Positions 59,301-64,000 of a stretch of DNA of 64,000 nt are shown here, one piece after another (the stretch's first letter is position 1; every line of letters begins with the position of its first letter). Source of the stretch: a virus; the IMG/VR virus record IMGVR_UViG_3300013117_000027, one strand, 5' to 3'. The position numbers and the translations under genes are program-made. Under the pieces are notes generated by a model. It worked only from the letters and a program-made list of their open reading frames with translations, was not told the origin of the DNA and ran no database searches.

Positions 59301-62300
59301 AGTATGTAGATGATAAAGATGCTAAAGAAGCACTATATTCTATTAGAAAAAATAAAATACCTACTAGATACGGTAGATATTTAGATATTACACATAATAT
59401 TGCTTGGTTTATAGGATGGTGGTTAGCTGAGGGATCATCTAACATTAGGAATGAAGAAGTGATGTTTTCATTAAATATTAATGAACTACATATAGCTAAA
59501 ACTCTGGGGAAGATATATGCTGAATCGTTCGGTGGAAAGTTTAGAATATATGAGTATCCAGATAGAACAATATGTGTGTTAGTTATAAAGAATAAAGTAT
59601 TAGCATCTTATCTTAAGTCGTTTGGTAACGTTTATACTAAATCTATGAACTCACTAGTTCATCTATCTGATAATAAACTTAGAGCTTTAATCGATGGAAT
59701 AATTCAAGGTGATGGTTGGATAAATCATAAGTTACAGCGAGGAGGATTTAAGAGTGCATCATCTAAACTTGTTAGAGATGTGTGGTTATCGTTATTTAGA
59801 CTTGGTATTCAATCATCTATAACTATAGATTATCTCGAAAAAGCTAATGGCAGATTGTTAAATGGAAAAGTTAGAAAAGATCATGTAAGATCTGAACTTC
59901 AGATGTCTAGAGGTGGTTATACCAATTATAGTGATGTTGTTCTAAATCATAAAAAATCTAAAGATGTCTCAACTGGTAGAGTGTTTACTAGAGATGGAAA
60001 CTTATACATTAAGATATCAAATATATCTTCTCTTGATTGTTCAGGAACAAAGGTATATGATATAGAAGTAGAAGAATCTCATTGTTTCATAGGAAACTAT
60101 TTACTACTTCATAACTCTGAAGCATTAAGAAGGTTTGTTACTAAACCTGATTGGAGAGAATACGGAGTTAATCCTATTCCTAATTTGATGCCTAACTGGC
60201 TTCCTGGAAAGTTCTTAAAGGGTGATCCTTTTTGTGTAACAGCGTCAACTATGATAGAAGTCAATGGTAATAATCTTAAGCGAGCGGAAGATGTTACAAC
60301 AGACGATCTTATAAGAACGCACACTGGTAAACTAGTAAAACCATCTTTTATAAAGAAAAGAAGTATGAAAAATAGTGAATCATTATATAGATTAAAAGTA
60401 TCATCGTTAAGTTCGTTTCCAATAGAAGCATCTGAAGAGCATCCTATATGGACCGAATCTGGGTGGAAACATATTAAGGATATTAATATCGGCGAATATG
60501 TAGGATATCCTATTTCTGATATTAACGATCTTACTACAACTGATAAGATATTAGACTGTTCTAAACTCACACCATATCCATTTGATCATAAATATATATA
60601 TACGTCTGGTTGTGATCAAGAATTCGTAGATATGATAAGTTATATCGAAACTATTCAATCTTCATTCAAAAGAGGAGAACTTAAAAATCTTCTATTTAAG
60701 AATAACTGGGATCGTAGAAAGTTCGAAAGAGCACAAGTTGCAGTGAGAAATAATATAAATAGACGTATTCCTCGCTATATAGATATAAGTTCGCCAGAAT
60801 GGGGATCGCTGATTGGTTATTATTTGTCTGAAGGATGTATAAATATAAAAGATGATAAGTTTATTGGGGTAGGATTCGCTTTTAATATTAATGAGAAAGA
60901 ATATCATGATGAAGTAATGTCGTGTTTAAAATCAGTATTTAATATTCATTCTAAGTTATATCAAGCGAAAGGAACCAATGGTTGTAGTGTAATAGTTAAT
61001 AATTTAGCAATCCCACATATACTATGTGGTTTGTTCGGCAGATACTTTGATGAAAAACATATAGGTTTGCAGCATATTGATTCTATAAAAGAAACAGTTA
61101 GAACCTTGATAAATGGCGATGGATCTTATTATTTTGATAGAGGAAAACCAAGACTATCATTGAAGTTAGAGAATCACCAACTACTATATCAGATAAGACA
61201 AATATTATTAAGTTATGGGTATGTTGGATATATAAATGATAATAATTTAATAATTAGAGGTCAAGCAGCTAAAGAATGCGCTTTGTTTATTAATACAACC
61301 AAATATAAGGACACAAAGGACTCATCTTATACTTGTAGACACACGTATATAAAAGATGGATACGTATGGATGAGGGTATTTGATAACATAGTTATTAAGA
61401 ATGAAAATGTTTATGGTTTTCAAGTGGACACAGATGACTCATTTTGTACAGCTGGGATAGCTACTCATAACACAAAGATAAATAATGGAGAGTTAAGACT
61501 TCCTGGTCCTGCATACGAGAAGACACACGCTGGTGTAGATAAGTCAATGCCCGCTAGAGCGTCTATGTTGGGAAGTCCTACTGAACATAGTATTCAGTAC
61601 TTTACTGGATTGTTACCTCCTCATTTAAAAGAACAGTACGATATTCTTGAGACAGGAACTAGATACCATGAACAAATACAACAATGGTTAGCAGCCGAAA
61701 ATCTTTTAGTACAAGCTGAAGCTCTAGTGTATGACGAGAAGAATAATATCTCTGGTCACGTCGATGCTATCATTAAAGACGGTATGGGTGGTAGAGGTAA
61801 GAAAGCTCTTGAAATTAAAACTATAAGTGAAGAAGGCCTTAAGAGATTAGACGGTCCTAAGTGGCAACACGTTGGACAGATAAACTTTTATATGAACCAG
61901 TTAAAGCTTAAGAAGGGTGGCATCCTATATGTGTCTAGAGACAATCCTGCTAACTTTAAGATGTTTGATGTTAACTATAGTCATAATAGACTAGAGAAAG
62001 ACTTAGAGAAACTTCATAAAGCTAGATCTGTATCTTCTCAAATGCTTGCTAAGAGTATAGAAGGTGACGGGTATGGATTTTCTTATTCTTGGTTAGACAG
62101 ACTTTATATCTTATCTGACGTAGCTCCTACCTCTAAAGAATATAAAGAAGCTAAGTTCATAGTAGAAAGACAGATAAAAGCTGGTATGCTAGATCCTGAT
62201 GGAATAGCTAAGTATCACAGAGCTAAGAAACACAGAGATGCTACTGTTAGAAAGTACGAATTGTATCCTCTAAGATTTAAAGGAAGAGTCATGTCTCCTG

Positions 62301-64000
62301 ATACAGAAGCTAATATAATGTCTATCAATGATAATATAAAAGCTGGAGCAGAGTACAGTCTTCCTGAAAGATGTTTCGATAAAGATACCAATATTGAAAC
62401 TGATAAAGGAATAAAGCGTATATGTGATGTATTGATTGGTGACTATGTGAGAACACATGATAACAAGTGGAAACAAGTATATAACACTTCTAATAGGAAT
62501 GTTGATCATAATGAAAAGGTGTATGAAGTTAAAGTTCAATCAAGAGAAAAAGTTAAAGTTACAGAAGAGCATCCATTCTATGTAATAGAATCTAAACAAT
62601 GTCATAATTGGTCTCATAAAGATTCTGTTTGCGTTCTAAAGAATAATAAGAAATGTAGTAAATGTAAACACACATATTATAAAGAATATGAACATCAATG
62701 GATACCAGTTAAAGACCTAACTAATAACCACTTTGTAGCAACTCCAATATTGGATATAACTGAAAACTCAGAACCTATCGATGTGTATTCATTATTAAAA
62801 GAATATACAAATATAGAAACAGTTGATAATATTATACGATTCTCAAATTATAATGTTAAAGGAAAAAAACAAGGGATTCAGATACCAAGATATATAGAAC
62901 GAACACCAGAACTATATGAGTTATTTGGATGGTATCTTGCTGAAGGATCAAGAAATTCTGCAAAATACCCATATAATGGCTTAAACTTCGCTCTTAATTC
63001 ATCAGAAGAGAATATAGCACAACGAATATGTTACTTATTTAATCGTATCTTTGGAGTTCGTTCTTTCTCTATTAAGAATGTATCAGATAATGGAATAAAT
63101 GTAAGAATATATTCATCTCTGGTTTCGTTAGTGTTTCAGAAGTTATTTAAACATGGCTCAAATAATAAATATATTCCATCACTTATATATAATACATCTG
63201 AAGATAATCTTAAATCTATGATTAACGCTGTATGGTTAGGTGATGGTTGTTATAATAAGAATAGAAAAATAATAAAAGTTATATCATCTTCTTTAATATA
63301 CGATATAAATAACTTGTTATTAACATTAGGATATATGCCGAGTGTTAACTTTATTAAAGGTGGAAAGAAAAAAAAGATATATCGTAATAATAAAGAGTCA
63401 GTTATTAGTGACTGTTGGACTGTTGAGTGGATTGAGAATCCAAAATGTACAAAAGATAGATATATACATGATGATTATTATTATACACGAGTATTATCTA
63501 AAAAAAACATATCAATAGATGAAGTATATAATATCGATGTTATTGATTCTAATTCATATATAGCTAATGGTTTGGCTGTTCATAACAGTATTGGGGCTGC
63601 TTGGGAAAACTTCACTAACACTAATACGTTTCTTGTCAACAAGTTCTTTGCTTACAAAGATCCGTTAGAGCATTACAAACAGTATCAATTGTACGGTCAA
63701 GAATATACACCATGGACAGATCCTTATGGAAGTTTTATAGCTCCTCAAACTAGAACTATGATGGCTCAAGAGAATCCTATAAGTGCTGCAATTAATTGGG
63801 GTTTTGGACTTCCTTATCTATTAGGTGGAAGAGCTGGAGGTATATATGGAGCAGTTGCAGGAGGTGCATATGGTGCTATTCATGGTATGGTAAGAAAAGC
63901 TTCTGGAACAATTTATACACCAGAACATATGCAGAAAGAGCGCCAGATAAATGACTATTTCGATCAGTTAAAATTCGACAGGAACATGAGAATGGCGTCT
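53369..64000 (+). CDS. Giant tape-measure-position virion protein (>3544 aa, 3' truncated) with four inteins and a PD-(D/E)XK nuclease domain
   Basis: ATG 53369 (MAYYDPRTSDERYY); same frame at every checked point to DQLKFDRNMRMAS at 64000; the ORF track lists no + ORF here, as expected for a frame with no stop; Gly/Ala-rich TM-like segments. Confidence 0.9.
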   Translation, partial: MAYYDPRTSDERYYDPHRNTSGSLTSSVTSGIGSFAKNAVGYMVMYSAMTFAGGVTSKFIGNIAKTQALKGTGTIAKRISALKAPTLGKIAKQFTPVRHAATRVRMATRPLRQAYKKRARLLERVNRKDSLLGDKARFTSAFRNGKTLAATAGNLLYKHGIKGSVAGYAWDSVAGNLPMYGLEEKAAWNVPGHVMNYAKYMKDNIITFSAFGAIGPIYKGARGTIGLGLRNVMEKNTAFRDKILGNLAKITRPRYSSVQAPTKATNSIFKEDVNNFNTANSYNVFNKAIDATKAAGKTFYSAFIENARTMFAEAGRHGSHNIHKPTKGSVTSFLSRFKKNITDHWQMHREQARYGRTVGVLESEGMRTMKTFEHLGNIESTAGQALEQTTAKNTNMNLINSIRDDQLKPKNFLAQVLSLRPTVTGDVMNTDYISRVGSNFAKYFPKSKAHVVDQAMSNVRMGNDYYSRGKFNVDLSMLSPLHQLKRVTNKIMGLNLSFMIGLPPVGRDLSLGNITGWNSLMGGSVRSTPFNKDTTGLGLIVKSGGVTDTRGNLVQRGTPRTLQQLAADTLGENMSDNLNVSLINGKFYAADGVNLTNLNSMNTVLKYSHPEIFGKAGEAKLSNIKEWIYHSSREPGSIMEANKWLTDANRNTASNPFQWAMKKLDWGVPEAIPNAWRKLKEILTPGRIRHAGKNLNHSQDLQAEMWENLLSKRIDYDKLKAHIPIMRDSMEHTGQEVGMLMQSPTIYQEIAHNSRYLQANQMDSAIFHSDEKFMTKLFNMQESALDQNDVFWKLMKNPDSKAIYETALWNPKKAKDAIPFKRQGRLSDYNSMNVLKTQFVTEGLNVDYSMTNMHPFVDAADTLFKQGHISGTQSTAMKMYGFVSTLFADGNLDNFAKGTPTPQDKTALGAVINTFKKRHNIELEHAMDYISRTEFRTPSRDGKLFQTLKETILDPRLLPSVREQVYDKSPFFALSVGDNGSGKFQTGIKKALDIGAERLTNLIKMTTGLRRDPFKYGDGVRGAARFISTRGGQLAAAGLAYKALDALIADNPMLDETALDQGITGFIADNVAKTHLLSSRIANMTGIAGVGRYLDGLMPGFVSSAPGAIVGAALNWRRGITETAVGAVKGAISNRVLSPLMPDMTKTYDQLEAEYSGKEEVPIIEGRMWLMGTTPWQGKRVIGWRPNWYQRMHSRWKASDSLYGSELRKLLHEPIFPVGISVGDIIDPYYMERKHYFSRPYAECIYPQAFVQIHNGIKMVKDIVKGDKIYDVDGVIYNVKDVTSRNVKNNENIHSVNLVGIHEPLIISEDHKQPIIKDIKCKYKSASNKSCVGEHKGICKKCKSKRTSFEIDWVETKDINVGDFLVKPIVRPVYNGDVIQLSKYINFRNYVVEKDICYIIDKNNKKTKTNAQNTFRIDDKIAYYFGLYLAEGWINFGRNKPHTVNTVHNMKEYDYVKTYITHMCSVFKCSYSEEKHDNYVTFHIHNVLLAELIFGLFNKASDKKCIHFTKEIDRKIVAGIIFGDGHYDISNVVLTNTSLNIHGYVTTVLENDMIPICIKKHCNNGKQSYRTSFPYSYLDEYRMKYDSNYKNKCIQTPKGRSNRIYFRNGSILRRVLSNDIIEYKDKLYDIVTDSPKQSFTLLSHCIHNSADFGADIPLGLGPIVSATLGQVIKPKKQMHREFMEGDDVIGDSDFAANPPPTYKEMRGMMKTGTWNSNSIGSRSSFMGTARYGGTKLYGQRMADQVLDNFESAMGLVGFAGHSIRQGLTSDAAIIPTVETAGRIASQSRSYYDMNLGGLGVYCLPYDGKVLTPNGLTNIGEINSGDIVYDQCYSKKKVTNTFSRICDDDERMYTFTLNAGKTQIDCTWNHPLAIYRKETCHDGKVKPCIPNSKKHCTICTKQDKEVYWDWVQAQDVKVGDYAVMPLPKSDTSVETVDLSAYSDYSFSDKYIYTRAGNGYITALEMLEHNPSLTRKQLREYVDDKDAKEALYSIRKNKIPTRYGRYLDITHNIAWFIGWWLAEGSSNIRNEEVMFSLNINELHIAKTLGKIYAESFGGKFRIYEYPDRTICVLVIKNKVLASYLKSFGNVYTKSMNSLVHLSDNKLRALIDGIIQGDGWINHKLQRGGFKSASSKLVRDVWLSLFRLGIQSSITIDYLEKANGRLLNGKVRKDHVRSELQMSRGGYTNYSDVVLNHKKSKDVSTGRVFTRDGNLYIKISNISSLDCSGTKVYDIEVEESHCFIGNYLLLHNSEALRRFVTKPDWREYGVNPIPNLMPNWLPGKFLKGDPFCVTASTMIEVNGNNLKRAEDVTTDDLIRTHTGKLVKPSFIKKRSMKNSESLYRLKVSSLSSFPIEASEEHPIWTESGWKHIKDINIGEYVGYPISDINDLTTTDKILDCSKLTPYPFDHKYIYTSGCDQEFVDMISYIETIQSSFKRGELKNLLFKNNWDRRKFERAQVAVRNNINRRIPRYIDISSPEWGSLIGYYLSEGCINIKDDKFIGVGFAFNINEKEYHDEVMSCLKSVFNIHSKLYQAKGTNGCSVIVNNLAIPHILCGLFGRYFDEKHIGLQHIDSIKETVRTLINGDGSYYFDRGKPRLSLKLENHQLLYQIRQILLSYGYVGYINDNNLIIRGQAAKECALFINTTKYKDTKDSSYTCRHTYIKDGYVWMRVFDNIVIKNENVYGFQVDTDDSFCTAGIATHNTKINNGELRLPGPAYEKTHAGVDKSMPARASMLGSPTEHSIQYFTGLLPPHLKEQYDILETGTRYHEQIQQWLAAENLLVQAEALVYDEKNNISGHVDAIIKDGMGGRGKKALEIKTISEEGLKRLDGPKWQHVGQINFYMNQLKLKKGGILYVSRDNPANFKMFDVNYSHNRLEKDLEKLHKARSVSSQMLAKSIEGDGYGFSYSWLDRLYILSDVAPTSKEYKEAKFIVERQIKAGMLDPDGIAKYHRAKKHRDATVRKYELYPLRFKGRVMSPDTEANIMSINDNIKAGAEYSLPERCFDKDTNIETDKGIKRICDVLIGDYVRTHDNKWKQVYNTSNRNVDHNEKVYEVKVQSREKVKVTEEHPFYVIESKQCHNWSHKDSVCVLKNNKKCSKCKHTYYKEYEHQWIPVKDLTNNHFVATPILDITENSEPIDVYSLLKEYTNIETVDNIIRFSNYNVKGKKQGIQIPRYIERTPELYELFGWYLAEGSRNSAKYPYNGLNFALNSSEENIAQRICYLFNRIFGVRSFSIKNVSDNGINVRIYSSLVSLVFQKLFKHGSNNKYIPSLIYNTSEDNLKSMINAVWLGDGCYNKNRKIIKVISSSLIYDINNLLLTLGYMPSVNFIKGGKKKKIYRNNKESVISDCWTVEWIENPKCTKDRYIHDDYYYTRVLSKKNISIDEVYNIDVIDSNSYIANGLAVHNSIGAAWENFTNTNTFLVNKFFAYKDPLEHYKQYQLYGQEYTPWTDPYGSFIAPQTRTMMAQENPISAAINWGFGLPYLLGGRAGGIYGAVAGGAYGAIHGMVRKASGTIYTPEHMQKERQINDYFDQLKFDRNMRMAS
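57098..58312 (+). mobile_element. Giant-protein intein 1 (405 aa, LAGLIDADG)
   Basis: YAE|CIYPQA...SEDH...FGLYLAEG...GIIFGDG...CIHN|S. Confidence 0.92.
58772..60115 (+). mobile_element. Giant-protein intein 2 (448 aa, LAGLIDADG)
   Basis: GVY|CLPYDG...TWNHP...IGWWLAEG...GIIQGDG...LLHN|S. Confidence 0.92.
60233..61471 (+). mobile_element. Giant-protein intein 3 (413 aa, LAGLIDADG)
   Basis: GDPF|CVTAST...SEEHP...IGYYLSEG...LINGDG...ATHN|T. Confidence 0.92.
61553..62030 (+). other. Cas4/RecB-like PD-(D/E)XK nuclease domain inside the giant protein
   Basis: GTRYHE, QAE, ISGHVDAII, LEIKT, HVGQINFYM, GGILYVSRD. Confidence 0.8.
62372..63586 (+). mobile_element. Giant-protein intein 4 (405 aa, LAGLIDADG)
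   Basis: PER|CFDKDT...TEEHPF...FGWYLAEG...AVWLGDG...AVHN|S. Confidence 0.92.

Noticed and set aside
61553-62030. Stand-alone cas4 or CRISPR adaptation gene
   Set aside because: It is a domain inside the giant ORF, lacks the Fe-S cysteines, and has no cas1/cas2 or array nearby
53416-62539. Minus-strand ORFs listed over the giant gene, and similar short antisense ORFs elsewhere
   Set aside because: Shadow frames of long + strand genes, with no SD or recognisable motifs
53369-64000. Virion RNA polymerase
   Set aside because: No DxDGD or single-subunit RNAP motifs recognised in the visible exteins; the unseen C-terminal part cannot be judged
1-64000. tRNA/rRNA genes and a cobalamin riboswitch before nrdJ
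   Set aside because: No cloverleaf or rRNA signatures recognised by eye; the nrdJ leader is only ~50 nt, too short for a B12 riboswitch

Overview
The window is 64 kb of a large, AT-rich, contractile-tailed (myovirus-type) dsDNA phage genome. It has strong AGGAG Shine-Dalgarno sites and sigma70/sigmaA-type promoters. Bases 1-4700 hold a few leftward hypothetical genes, a small winged-HTH gene and about 1.7 kb of non-coding DNA rich in repeats and hairpins. From about 4860 all genes run rightward: an HNH nuclease, a fibre-like protein, a class II (B12) ribonucleotide reductase interrupted by two inteins and a group I intron (GIY-YIG ORF), dUTPase, and a block of fibre/beta-helix proteins. Next come a frameshifted paralogue of the terminase ATPase domain and the large terminase with two inteins. 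Head and tail genes follow: portal, prohead protease/scaffold, capsid decoration, major capsid, neck, sheath, three tube-fold paralogues (one fused to a lytic transglycosylase) and chaperones. The window ends in a giant ORF (53369 to beyond 64000, >3544 aa) that the ORF track misses because it has no stop in the window. It occupies the tape-measure position and carries four LAGLIDADG inteins plus an embedded Cas4/RecB-like PD-(D/E)XK nuclease domain. In total there are 8 inteins and 1 group I intron. The most unusual signals are (i) the nuclease-bearing, four-intein giant virion protein, (ii) ~29-bp-periodic arrays of GA-closed hairpins that conserve structure but not sequence, (iii) Ser-Gly enrichment confined to virion-surface proteins, (iv) absence of TGA stop codons in confident genes, and (v) the frameshifted terminase paralogue. 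All calls come from reading motifs by eye; no database searches were run.
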